Source of the DNA: Candidatus Faecimonas intestinavium
GTDB taxonomy: Bacteria > Bacillota_I > Bacilli_A > RF39 > UBA660
NCBI GenBank assembly: GCA_018716045.1
Contig: DVKL01000013.1
Location: forward strand, 1-57,897
Direction of reading: 5' to 3'
DNA length: 57,897 bases
Part shown: positions 19,733 through 29,201 of the stretch, piece after piece
Position numbering within the stretch: position 1 is the first letter of the stretch
How the letters are laid out: each line of letters opens with the position of its first letter
Notes under the pieces: model-generated
Told to the model about the DNA's origin: nothing
Seen by the model: the letters and a program-made list of their open reading frames with translations, nothing else
The model's database searches: none
Translations under genes and position numbers: made by a program

Positions 19733-20566
19733 TTATCGATTTTTCGATTTAAAAGTACAGGATTTGCATAACTCTTCACACGGTTTTCTATCCTGAAAAG
19801 ATTTTTTTAGTTTTTTATATCTTTCCTTCTTTTGAATTTCTTCTATTGATTCATTAAATATATTTCCTAAATTAATAATACCATCACTATCAAGACAACA
19901 TGGTACTACTGTTCCATCTGCTAAAATTGCAAGTTGTGTTTTTAATGCATGACAATATCCACAGCTTTTGTGACTTGTAATTTCTGGCCATTTGAACTCA
20001 TTATCTTTATCCACATATATTGTGGAAGAAATTTTTACGTTATTTTCTGTTTTTAATTTTTCCACTGTTTCTGTGGATAAATTATAATACATTTTTAGCT
20101 TTTCCACTGTTTTTGTGGACTTTTTATCTAACTTATTATCTTTTAATGTCCATAACCTGTAAATAATCACAGTATCTGGGGATAGCTTCTCTACATTTTT
20201 AAATATTTCTTCTTCATAGTTTGGAATATTTTGTTCACAATGGAGAGAAAAATTTATTTTATGTAACACCTTACAATCTTTTAATTTATCTACTAATTTA
20301 GGAAATAATGTTCCATTGGTTGTAAGATTTACGTTTAGGTTATACTTTTCCGCTAAATTTAGAAATTTTATTATTTTAGGATGAAGTAATGGTTCACCTT
20401 TGACATGAAGATAGATAACTTTTGTTACTTTTGATACTTCTTTTAGAATATGTTCAAACTCCTCTTCGGTCATAAATCTTTTTTCTTTTTTCACAGGAGA
20501 ACAAAAAGAGCAATTTAAGTTACAGCTATTGGTTATTTCTATATATACTTTTTTATACTTATCCAT
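19733..20566 (-). CDS. radical SAM protein with a SPASM/twitch-type C-terminal cysteine cluster (277 aa)
   Basis: CNLNCSFC (CxxxCxxC) at residues 15-22. C-terminal CGYC...PCC...CEELCKSC. The start (20566) abuts the uvrB stop codon (20568-20570), with 1 nt between. Confidence 0.8.
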   Translation of the reverse strand: MDKYKKVYIEITNSCNLNCSFCSPVKKEKRFMTEEEFEHILKEVSKVTKVIYLHVKGEPLLHPKIIKFLNLAEKYNLNVNLTTNGTLFPKLVDKLKDCKVLHKINFSLHCEQNIPNYEEEIFKNVEKLSPDTVIIYRLWTLKDNKLDKKSTKTVEKLKMYYNLSTETVEKLKTENNVKISSTIYVDKDNEFKWPEITSHKSCGYCHALKTQLAILADGTVVPCCLDSDGIINLGNIFNESIEEIQKKERYKKLKKSFQDRKPCEELCKSCTFKSKNR

Positions 20567-20567
20567 A

Positions 20568-22520
20568 TTAATTTCCTGATTTCATCTCAAACAATATATC
20601 GCGTAATTCCATAGCACGTTCGAAGTCTAAGGCTTTTGCTGCTTCTCTCATTTCTTGTTCTATTACATCTACTGTCTTCGCGAATTCTTTCTTGGTCATC
20701 TTCTTTGGTTTTTCTGCAGCTTTTTCATCCACGTTACTAATTACTTCTCTAATTTCCTTATTAATTGTTTGAGGAATAATTCCATGTTTCTCATTATACT
20801 CTTCTTGAATCTTTCTACGTCTTGCAGTTTCTTCTATTGTCTCTTTCATAGAGTCTGTAATTTTATCTCCATACATAATGACATGGCCATTTGCATTTCT
20901 TGCACAACGTCCTACTGTTTGAATTAAACTTCTAGTACTACGTAAGAATCCTTCTTTATCTGCATCTAATATCGCAATAAGTGATACTTCGGGAATATCA
21001 ATACCTTCACGCAACAAGTTAATTCCTACTACTACATCATACTTTCCAACACGTAAGTCATGAATAATTTGTAGTCTTTCTAACGTTTTAATTTCCGAAT
21101 GAAGATATGCTACTTTGATATCTAGTTCCTTTAGGTAATTTGTTAGTTCTTCTGACATACGAATAGTTAATGTTGTGACTAAGACTCTTTCATTCTTTTC
21201 AATTCTATCTTTAATTTCTCCTACTAAGTCATCAATTTGTCCTTCTGTTTTTCTTACTTCAATTGTTGGATCTAGTAGTCCTGTCGGACGAATAATTTGT
21301 TCTACAAATTTCCCTCCTGTATGTTCTAATTCTAAATCTCCAGGAGTAGCAGACACATAGATAGCTTGATTAATCTTTTTCTCAAATTCATCATATTTTA
21401 ACGGTCTGTTATCAAGTGCACTTGGAAGACGGAATCCATACTCTACAAGATTCATCTTTCTAGCTCTATCTCCATTATACATTCCTCTAACCTGCGGTAG
21501 GGTAACATGAGATTCGTCTACCACTAATAAATAATCTTTTGGAAAGAAATCCATTAATGTCGTTGGAGTTTCTCCTTTTTTTCTACCAGCCATTGGTGCT
21601 GAATAGTTTTCAATGCCAGAACAGAAACCTGTTTCTTCTAACATTTCAATATCATAATTTGTTCTTTGTTCTAGGCGTTCTGCTGCTAATAGTTTATTAT
21701 TTTCCTTTAATTCTTGTAATCTATCTTTTAACTCTTCTTTAATACGTACAATAGCAGCTTTTAACTTATCATCACTAACTACGAAGTGGCTCGCAGGAAA
21801 AAGACTAACATTCTTTTTGTTAGAAATGATTGCTCCTGTTAGAGTGTCGATTTCACTAATTCTATCAATTTCATTACCAAAGAATTCTACTCGATATCCT
21901 GTTGTATTTTGGTAAGCGGGAATGATTTCCACAATATCTCCACGTACTCTAAAAGTACCACGTTTAAAATCTAAGTCATTTCTTTCATACATCATTTCTA
22001 CTAGCTTTGTTAATATTTCATTTCTTTCAACTTCTTCTCCAACAGATAAAGTTAGCATTTTATTTCTATATTCTTCTACTTCTCCAATACCATAGATACA
22101 AGAAACACTAGCAACAACAATAACATCATCACGGGATAATAAACTACTGGTTGCTGCATGGCGCAATTCATCGATTTCGTCATTAATAGATGAATCTTTT
22201 TCGATATATGTATCTGTTGATGGAACATATGCTTCTGGTTGATAATAATCATAGTATGATACAAAGTACTCAACTCTATTTTCAGGAAATAATTCTTTTA
22301 GTTCTGAATAAAGCTGGCCTGCTAAAGTCTTGTTGTGAGCAAGTACTAATGTTGGTTTATTTACTTCTTTGATTACATTCGCAATTGTAAATGTCTTTCC
22401 TGTACCGGTTGCACCTAAAAGAACTTGTTCTTTTTTTCCTTCTTTAATACCTTCTACTAGCTCTTTTATAGCTTCTGGTTGATCTCCGGAAGGCTTAAAT
22501 TTTGATACTAATTTAAACAT
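20568..22520 (-). CDS. uvrB: excinuclease ABC subunit B
   Basis: GATGTGKT Walker A, DESH box, helicase motif [15 protein letters not shown] and C-terminal UVR domain, 650 aa. Confidence 0.95.
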   Translation of the reverse strand: MFKLVSKFKPSGDQPEAIKELVEGIKEGKKEQVLLGATGTGKTFTIANVIKEVNKPTLVLAHNKTLAGQLYSELKELFPENRVEYFVSYYDYYQPEAYVPSTDTYIEKDSSINDEIDELRHAATSSLLSRDDVIVVASVSCIYGIGEVEEYRNKMLTLSVGEEVERNEILTKLVEMMYERNDLDFKRGTFRVRGDIVEIIPAYQNTTGYRVEFFGNEIDRISEIDTLTGAIISNKKNVSLFPASHFVVSDDKLKAAIVRIKEELKDRLQELKENNKLLAAERLEQRTNYDIEMLEETGFCSGIENYSAPMAGRKKGETPTTLMDFFPKDYLLVVDESHVTLPQVRGMYNGDRARKMNLVEYGFRLPSALDNRPLKYDEFEKKINQAIYVSATPGDLELEHTGGKFVEQIIRPTGLLDPTIEVRKTEGQIDDLVGEIKDRIEKNERVLVTTLTIRMSEELTNYLKELDIKVAYLHSEIKTLERLQIIHDLRVGKYDVVVGINLLREGIDIPEVSLIAILDADKEGFLRSTRSLIQTVGRCARNANGHVIMYGDKITDSMKETIEETARRRKIQEEYNEKHGIIPQTINKEIREVISNVDEKAAEKPKKMTKKEFAKTVDVIEQEMREAAKALDFERAMELRDILFEMKSGN

Positions 22521-22601
22521 ATTTTTCCCTCCTTTTTTATATCGACCGAATAATATATTTGTTTATATCTCTCGGAAATATTCTAGCATTTATTGCATAA
22601 T

Positions 22602-22634
22602 AAAACAAGAAAGTACTTGTCATTTCTTGTTTTA
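22602..22634 (-). terminator. terminator after the 163-aa ORF
   Basis: AACAAGAAA/TTTCTTGTT 9-bp stem with a 10-nt loop, flanked by an A-run and a T-run. Confidence 0.6.
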
Positions 22635-22643
22635 CTTTTACTT

Positions 22644-23135
22644 TCATCTTGTTCTTATTTTTATTAGTTCTTTTTCCATTTGATTAAACTGACTTCTAGG
22701 AAAAGTAAGCTTATTTAATGGTTCACTTAAATTTGGTATTCTATGTTGCCTTGCCCAGGGATTATGTTCTAGGTATTGGTCTCTTAATAATCTTTGAACC
22801 CTTAAGTTTAAATAATCATTTCTAGTATTTATTGACATGCAAGCACTTTCTATATCCATATCAAAATATACAGTTATATCTTCCGGAAGATATGGATTGC
22901 TGGTCTCTAAATGCAGATAACTACTACTTGGCGTTTTCATCCCTTGTAAATAAAACATTCCATTATCATTATAAATAGGATGATACCATAATAACTCTCT
23001 ATTTTCTTTTAAGATTTCTCTTATCTCTTTTAATGTTATTAATTGATCCTTACTTTTACTTTCCGCTGTTAGTGTTTGTTCTATTCTTTCATACATTTGT
23101 TTTGCTAGAGAAGAATATTTATAAGCATTATTCAT
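22644..23135 (-). CDS. hypothetical protein (163 aa)
   Basis: Long ORF with its own terminator. No recognisable motifs. Confidence 0.5.
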   Translation of the reverse strand: MNNAYKYSSLAKQMYERIEQTLTAESKSKDQLITLKEIREILKENRELLWYHPIYNDNGMFYLQGMKTPSSSYLHLETSNPYLPEDITVYFDMDIESACMSINTRNDYLNLRVQRLLRDQYLEHNPWARQHRIPNLSEPLNKLTFPRSQFNQMEKELIKIRTR

Positions 23136-23279
23136 AACTTCGTTCCTTTCTTTCGGCTTTTTATTTTAACATTTTATGACTAACAATGCAAGAAAGTATT
23201 ACAGTTTATGCAATTATAAAAGTACTTTACTTTTTTCTTCTGTTTATCTATAATGGAAGAACACGCAAGGAGGCGAATT

Positions 23280-23648
23280 ATGAGACAAGATCATTCTAAT
23301 TTAATTCAAGGTAGCTATGATTTATTACTATTAGATGAGGATGTTCCTAAAGAGTATTTTACTTCTAACACATCTGTTCATGCTAAAGCAGTGGAATTTG
23401 TCCCTGAGTTAAATAGAATAGAAATGGAACTATACTTAAAAAACAAAAAGTCTTCAGGTCAGCAAATGCTATATGTATCTCTTAACCCATTGCGATTAGC
23501 AATTGCTAATGAATACTCTGTAGATACTTGTTTTTTAAATAATGGTATCAATGATATTATGGATTTTGATAAAAGCTATGAGATTCCATATACTAAAGTA
23601 TTAACATTAGAACATTCTGCTGAAAAACACTCTACCGAAAATAAGTAG
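23280..23648 (+). CDS. hypothetical protein (122 aa)
   Basis: AAGGAGG SD 6 nt before ATG 23280, and TATAAT at 23249-23254. The track start 23253 was rejected. Confidence 0.5.
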   Translation: MRQDHSNLIQGSYDLLLLDEDVPKEYFTSNTSVHAKAVEFVPELNRIEMELYLKNKKSSGQQMLYVSLNPLRLAIANEYSVDTCFLNNGINDIMDFDKSYEIPYTKVLTLEHSAEKHSTENK

Positions 23649-23664
23649 AGTGTTTTTTATTTTA

Positions 23665-24669
23665 TTATTTTTTATTTCGATTAGTTTTTTTTTGCTTATA
23701 GAAAGTTAGGGCTGTTTTTTTTACTATTCCTTGCAGGCATTCTGGAGTATAGCTTTTTAATAAGAAAAGACTATTAAACAATCTTGGATTTGTGGATAAA
23801 AGTTTTTTCATTGAATCCAACTCTTGTAGTTCAAACTCAGGATTTACTTTATATAAATATCTTCTAAATATATCATTATATGGGTTAACTTCATTATCTG
23901 TCCATGGTTTTATTCCTAATAATCCATAACTATGTAATATTTTAGGAGCTTTTTTTGCAGCTATTATTTCTGCTGTATCTCTTTTTATTTTTTTACAATA
24001 CAAATCAAGTGTTACTCCATTCATCATACTAACTGATGGTGGTAGATTATAACTCATTGGCATCTCTTCTATTTCTTTTCCTAATACATAATTTAATATA
24101 TCCTGATCTGGATAAGTTAACTTTTTCGTTGGATTATCTCGAACAAATTTTATTATTTTTTCTTCACAGTTCTCTTTTTTCCACCAATTTGTGTTGATTT
24201 TCAATACCCCAGAATTAAAATATCTCGCCACTCCAAGTTGATCCAGATAGGAAGGTGCAGCATTGTCTAATACTGCATGAATTTTACCATTATATCTATT
24301 TAATTCTGCTAAATTATCAACTACTATAGTATCCGAATCTAAATATAGCAATTCCTCTATTTCATCTATTTGATCCCCTAATACTTTTTGAAAAAAAAGT
24401 CTAGCATTAGCAGCCTGTGTATTTTGCCAACCTGGTATTCCATATTTTTCTAAATGAAAACTTTCTATTGGATAGATTGATAAATGGACATTAGGATATT
24501 CTTTGACTATTTTTTCTATTAGAGCATAATCTTGTACGTTCAAATTTTCTGTCATAAAATAAATATCTAATTTTTTTCCGTTTACATTTTCTATTAATGA
24601 AAGCATCGAAGCTAATGTTATTGTTAAATAATCTTTATTTGTTGCATATAGTATTCCTGTATTTTTCAT
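23665..24669 (-). CDS. family 8 glycosyltransferase (retaining GT-A)
   Basis: LYLDSDTIV (DxD) and YFNSGVLKIN motifs. Start at ATG 24669 (AGGTGA SD). Confidence 0.75.
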   Translation of the reverse strand: MKNTGILYATNKDYLTITLASMLSLIENVNGKKLDIYFMTENLNVQDYALIEKIVKEYPNVHLSIYPIESFHLEKYGIPGWQNTQAANARLFFQKVLGDQIDEIEELLYLDSDTIVVDNLAELNRYNGKIHAVLDNAAPSYLDQLGVARYFNSGVLKINTNWWKKENCEEKIIKFVRDNPTKKLTYPDQDILNYVLGKEIEEMPMSYNLPPSVSMMNGVTLDLYCKKIKRDTAEIIAAKKAPKILHSYGLLGIKPWTDNEVNPYNDIFRRYLYKVNPEFELQELDSMKKLLSTNPRLFNSLFLLKSYTPECLQGIVKKTALTFYKQKKTNRNKK

Positions 24670-24708
24670 ATATTCACCTGTCACATTATACTAACTAATT
24701 TTTTTTCG

Positions 24709-24737
24709 TTCGTCAACTAAATGTCTATATTTCGACA
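24709..24737. promoter_or_regulatory. two same-orientation 0A-type boxes, TTCGTCA (24709-24715) and TTCGACA (24731-24737), 22 bp apart
   Basis: These are the reverse complements of TGACGAA and TGTCGAA. The second lies just upstream of a TGaTACAAT extended -10 (24755-24763) for the 24773 gene. Confidence 0.35.
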
Positions 24738-24772
24738 TTTTTTCTGGAAATTAGTGATACAATAAGGAAAAG

Positions 24773-25636
24773 ATGGTGGAAAAAATGGATAAGTCACAGT
24801 ACTTACAAATCGCTAAAAAAATAAATTTAGCTAATTTTGATGATTTTATGGATCATTATAATTTAACGCAAGGACAATTACTTGGTATAATTGATAGTGC
24901 TCTTCATACTAATATTTCTTTATTGCAGGCTACTTCTTTAAAAAAGATTTTGCAGAAAAAACAGTCATTATTTCAACTTACTGATACTAAAGTTGGAATT
25001 GTTTCGGATATTCATATTGGTCATTCACAAATGAATTGGGATTATGTTTATCGTGCTTATGACTTTTTTGCTGAAAATGATATTTTTACAGTTTTTAATC
25101 TTGGAGATTTATTTCATGGGTTTTATTATAAAAGTAAGAATAATCCTAATCGTTCTGTTTTTGAATGTTATAGTCAATTAGTTGATTTTGAAACACATTA
25201 TCCTGCTGGGTTTACTACGTTTTTAATACATGGTAATCATGAAAAAAGATTTGAAGAGGTTGGCATGGATTTATGGGAACATATTCCAGCAAGAAGAGAT
25301 GATGTTTTTTCTATTGGTGAAGGAAGGTGTTGTGTTACTTTAGGTAAGTCTATTTTATCTTTAAATCATCCTACTTTAACAAAAGATTTTATTCCACCAG
25401 ATAATAATGTACTTTTATCACTAGCAGGACATGGACATGCTTTTTATAAAAATAAAAAGCATCTTTCTGTTACCACTTGTAGTGATTTTGCTTTAGAAAA
25501 AAATTCATATGGGTTAGCAGTTCCTGGTTTTGCTATTTTAGAAGATAACGGAAAGCAGTTAAATTTTAAGGGATATTCTTTAGAGGAGAAAGAGCCCCGG
25601 GAAGTTCTACAGTATAGTTTTGTTAAAAAAAGATAA
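24773..25636 (+). CDS. calcineurin-like metallophosphoesterase
   Basis: GIVSDIHIGH, GDLFHG, GNHE and GHGH motif series. An N-terminal domain of about 80 aa is unassigned. Confidence 0.75.
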   Translation: MVEKMDKSQYLQIAKKINLANFDDFMDHYNLTQGQLLGIIDSALHTNISLLQATSLKKILQKKQSLFQLTDTKVGIVSDIHIGHSQMNWDYVYRAYDFFAENDIFTVFNLGDLFHGFYYKSKNNPNRSVFECYSQLVDFETHYPAGFTTFLIHGNHEKRFEEVGMDLWEHIPARRDDVFSIGEGRCCVTLGKSILSLNHPTLTKDFIPPDNNVLLSLAGHGHAFYKNKKHLSVTTCSDFALEKNSYGLAVPGFAILEDNGKQLNFKGYSLEEKEPREVLQYSFVKKR

Positions 25637-25646
25637 AGTCTACACT

Positions 25647-26438
25647 CTATCTTTTTTTCTTTAATGTTAATACAAATTCTGCAATACCATCTTCCTCATT
25701 AGAAGTTGTTATTGCTTTTGCTTGGTCTTTTACTTCAGGAAGAGCATTTCCCATGGCTACGCCTAAACCCACACTTTCAATTATCTCCAAATCGTTTAGC
25801 TCATCTCCAAAGAATATCATTTCTTCCGAAGAAACTCCTAGATTGTCACCTAGATGCTTTAAAGTATGTGACTTATTTATATTTTGTGGATTAATAATTA
25901 ACCATTGCCTATCGTCTTTTGAGTCCTGCATTACAAAACAATTAATATCCGGAAAGTTAGTACTTATCCATTTATAATGTTTTCTTGCTTCTTCTCCTGA
26001 TTTTAGAAAAATATTCATTCTGGCAATTTTTTCATGTACTTCACTAACAGAATCGATATCGATTATGAATGGTAGATTACTTTTCTTTTTTTGCTTATAA
26101 ATATAGTACTTGTTTCCTGATATTATATCTATTTGAGTAGCATATTCTTCTACCGCTTTCGTAATTTTTTCTGCTTCTTGTTGTTCTAAAAACCCCATCC
26201 ATTCATCTGTGTCTTCCTCTGGATTATATATAGAAACCCCATTGTTAATAATAATATAGTTAAACATATCAATTGGTACAACATCCCTTAACCCATCTAA
26301 AGTCCTAGCTGTTGCTCCAACGATATAGTAACCTTCTTTTTTTAATTCTCGTAATACTTTTTCTGTTTTAGGGCTTACTTTTTTATCATCTGTTAATAAG
26401 GTTCCATCAAAGTCCATTGCAATAATTTTATATTTCAT
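25647..26438 (-). CDS. Cof-type HAD-IIB phosphatase
   Basis: AMDFDGTLL and FGDELNDLE motifs. Start at ATG 26438. Confidence 0.85.
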   Translation of the reverse strand: MKYKIIAMDFDGTLLTDDKKVSPKTEKVLRELKKEGYYIVGATARTLDGLRDVVPIDMFNYIIINNGVSIYNPEEDTDEWMGFLEQQEAEKITKAVEEYATQIDIISGNKYYIYKQKKKSNLPFIIDIDSVSEVHEKIARMNIFLKSGEEARKHYKWISTNFPDINCFVMQDSKDDRQWLIINPQNINKSHTLKHLGDNLGVSSEEMIFFGDELNDLEIIESVGLGVAMGNALPEVKDQAKAITTSNEEDGIAEFVLTLKKKR

Positions 26439-26525
26439 AATCTTCACTTCCTAACAAAAGTATAGCTATTGATACCTAATTTATCAAGTTAAAAGATGTA
26501 TAATTACACTAAAAAAGAGCAAATA

Positions 26526-29033
26526 TTAATTTTGCCCTTTTTGATTTCTTTTATATGATTTTACCATTCTATAAACCTGTCTATCATTATGACTGCTTAA
26601 GCAAGATGGTACATATTCATGATTACTGTTTAACTCTTGTAATATTTTTTTTACTTCTTCTCCTGCTTCATCTGGGTTATATCGTTGTTCTTGTATTCTA
26701 TGTAATGTTTCTAATAAGTAGGTTCCTTCTAATGTCATTGAATTTGTTTCTATTTTACTTAATTCTGTCTTATTAGGAATGTAATAAGTAGATGTTGGCT
26801 CTTTTTGATTTAAAATATCATAAATTCTATGGGCTGTTGGTTTAGGAATTTTTGATAATATCTCACATGTGTTATTATGATTTCTTTCTATTAATTCTTC
26901 TTGATTTGGTATTGTAGATTTATAAATGAATGGAATTTTTCCTGCTTCTAAACGACTTGATATTTTTTTTGATAAATGACTAGAAATTAAATCCTTCATA
27001 CTGCCTTGAAAATACTCATTATTTTCTGTTTCTGCATTTATTTGTAATAGTCTAAGCCAATTTGCCATTTCTTTTAGTTCAGGATATTTTCTATATTGTT
27101 CTTGGTCACTTTCACTGAAATAGTTTTGTATTAAGATATTCGCAGGAGTAATTTCACCGTGATATAATTCATTATCGTTACCAATTCCTGTTTGAAAAGA
27201 ATATGTAGGATAGATTCTTGTAGTATCTAATTTAGGAACCTGTTCAGATCCTTCTTTTATATCATTGAAAAAGTCTGAATTCTCATTTACAATTCTTGTT
27301 GTATCTAATACATGAACCCCTATTTTTCTACTGCCATCCATTTGATATTCTATTGAAAATGCATAAGGCTCTAAGCCTTCCATTTGGAATGTTCTAATTG
27401 TATCATTTGGTATAAATTCAGGATAATTACGATTTCTATTTTGTGCAACACCTGTGTCTAAAGCATATTGATAGGTTTGTTCTTTATCTATTCTATTTTG
27501 TTCAGATTTAGGCGTACTCTTAGTTTTAGTTATAGGATGAATATAATTTATTTCATTAATATCTTGTAATACTTGATTTGTATTTTGATATCCTTTACCT
27601 TTTATATACTCTCTAAACTCTTCTAATCTTTGATTATACTCCATTAATTCTCTCGATGTTAATCTTGCTCCTTGTTTGATAAATTGTTTTAATATTTCTT
27701 TATAATAACTTGGTTCTATATAATCTTTCTTTTGATTTAGTAGTTTTAGTTTATAGTTTTTAATAAATTGATCTAGAATATATAATGTGACATGTTTTCT
27801 TTCAGTAATCCTTACTTTTTTTCTGCCTTTTCCTTCTTTTATTTTTATAGCTTGTCTCGCATTTTTAAACTCTCCAATTTCTAATAATTTTTTAATATAT
27901 TCATAATTTCTATCATCATTTAAAAGAACTTGTAAAATATCAAAATATGCTCTAGTATCTTCATCTTCTATATAAATTAGAGGTCTAATATCTTCAATTG
28001 CTGTCTCTAAGTGTTTTAAGAATCTTTTTTCTGTATCTTTAGCAGATGTATCACTTTTTCCTATTTGATTTCTTTTGGTTTTAATTACCTGTTTAGCTAA
28101 TGTTATCATTTCATCTAGTTGAAACCTTGGTAGAGTTTTCATTTCTTTTAATAGTATTTTTACTTCTTCTGGTAGTCCATTTTGTAGGCTAGATATTAAA
28201 GATATGTTGTATTTTCCGTTATCTATATCCTGTAAAAATTTTTGATATCTTTCTTCAATTTCATTTGTTGGTATTATGAATTCTCTACTCTCTAATAATT
28301 CTTCTGTAGTTATTTCTAATCTATCTACTTTTGATAATTCTATACTTTCTACTTCTTCTAGTTCTTGTAGAAGTTTTATCATTGTTTTACTTCGATTTGC
28401 ACGATTGATGATTTCTTTTAGTTTTTCTTCATAAGGTTGATACATTTCTTTCGTTGGAGGCATTGTTTTAGACCAAGGCATCAAGTATTTTCTCGTTGGA
28501 TTTTTCTTCTCTGCTTCCATTTCTTGCATATTTTCCGTTGTAGATAATTCTATATCTAATAGCTCTGCTACATCCTCTAAATATCTAAAGGCTAATTCTC
28601 TTAATAGATCAATTCTGTCTCTATGCACTTTTGAAGTTAGATATGTATCAAATAATAACTTGGTTTCTCTATCTAACCAATAATTACTTTCTTCAATATT
28701 TTCAATTAATAATTGTTTTTGACTTTTTGTATCTGTTACTGTGTTATATGCCTTCTTACGTAACTGAAGAAATTTTTGATACGTAAGTTCTAGTCTCTTA
28801 TTCGTAGCATTCTGTTCAGCAACTAATTCTCTTTTTCCTGTTGCGGCATATTTCCTTTTTGCAGATGTTGCTTTTCTTTTTCTGTTATTTAATTCTTTAC
28901 CAATTAATGATAATGTTTCTTTCGTTATCTTTACTCCTAAGATGTTTTCAATTTCTTCTACTGTTTCTACTCTGTCTAATAATTCAATTGATAGCTTTAC
29001 GATTTCTTTTTGTCCTAATTTCTTCTTTTCCAT
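26526..29033 (-). CDS. 835-aa protein: long helical K/E-rich N-terminal region plus a C-terminal RNB (RNase II/R)-like domain that appears catalytically inactive
   Basis: AFSIEYQMDGSRKIGVHVLDTTRIV parallels DDAxSVE...GVHIADVSxxV. IPFIYKSTIPNQEELIER parallels VPFIYRxHExPxxEKL. The terminal TYLLETLHR parallels RRYxDLxVHR. The DxDD and RRY catalytic residues are missing. Confidence 0.45.
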   Translation of the reverse strand: MEKKKLGQKEIVKLSIELLDRVETVEEIENILGVKITKETLSLIGKELNNRKRKATSAKRKYAATGKRELVAEQNATNKRLELTYQKFLQLRKKAYNTVTDTKSQKQLLIENIEESNYWLDRETKLLFDTYLTSKVHRDRIDLLRELAFRYLEDVAELLDIELSTTENMQEMEAEKKNPTRKYLMPWSKTMPPTKEMYQPYEEKLKEIINRANRSKTMIKLLQELEEVESIELSKVDRLEITTEELLESREFIIPTNEIEERYQKFLQDIDNGKYNISLISSLQNGLPEEVKILLKEMKTLPRFQLDEMITLAKQVIKTKRNQIGKSDTSAKDTEKRFLKHLETAIEDIRPLIYIEDEDTRAYFDILQVLLNDDRNYEYIKKLLEIGEFKNARQAIKIKEGKGRKKVRITERKHVTLYILDQFIKNYKLKLLNQKKDYIEPSYYKEILKQFIKQGARLTSRELMEYNQRLEEFREYIKGKGYQNTNQVLQDINEINYIHPITKTKSTPKSEQNRIDKEQTYQYALDTGVAQNRNRNYPEFIPNDTIRTFQMEGLEPYAFSIEYQMDGSRKIGVHVLDTTRIVNENSDFFNDIKEGSEQVPKLDTTRIYPTYSFQTGIGNDNELYHGEITPANILIQNYFSESDQEQYRKYPELKEMANWLRLLQINAETENNEYFQGSMKDLISSHLSKKISSRLEAGKIPFIYKSTIPNQEELIERNHNNTCEILSKIPKPTAHRIYDILNQKEPTSTYYIPNKTELSKIETNSMTLEGTYLLETLHRIQEQRYNPDEAGEEVKKILQELNSNHEYVPSCLSSHNDRQVYRMVKSYKRNQKGQN

Positions 29034-29201
29034 AAACTATAGTCCTTTACTTAAAATTTATCTATATAAAACATCTCTGTTTGTTTTTAAGCACACTAGT
29101 TTCTTTTGACTTTATCATACTCTTTTATTTGTTTATTTACAATCTTTTATTTTCTTTATATTTATGGTATAATAATAAGCCTTAAAGCGAGGAGATATAT
29201 T

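Noticed and set aside
20057-20119. Two ~20-nt near-identical direct repeats (TTTCCACTGTTTyTGTGGA), each with a short inverted repeat, checked as a possible repeat element or mini-CRISPR
   Set aside because: There are only two copies, and both lie inside the radical SAM coding sequence. They encode a duplicated peptide (TVEKLK twice), so this is an internal coding duplication, not an array.
22076-22273. 65-aa minus-strand ORF inside uvrB in another frame
   Set aside because: It is embedded out of frame in a conserved gene, with no SD and a compositionally odd His/Met-rich product.
22521-22600. LexA/Cheo box upstream of uvrB (CGAATAATATATTTG, GGAAATATTC)
   Set aside because: There is no GAAC-N4-GTTC match with two or fewer mismatches. 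The resemblance is just AT-rich pseudo-palindromes.
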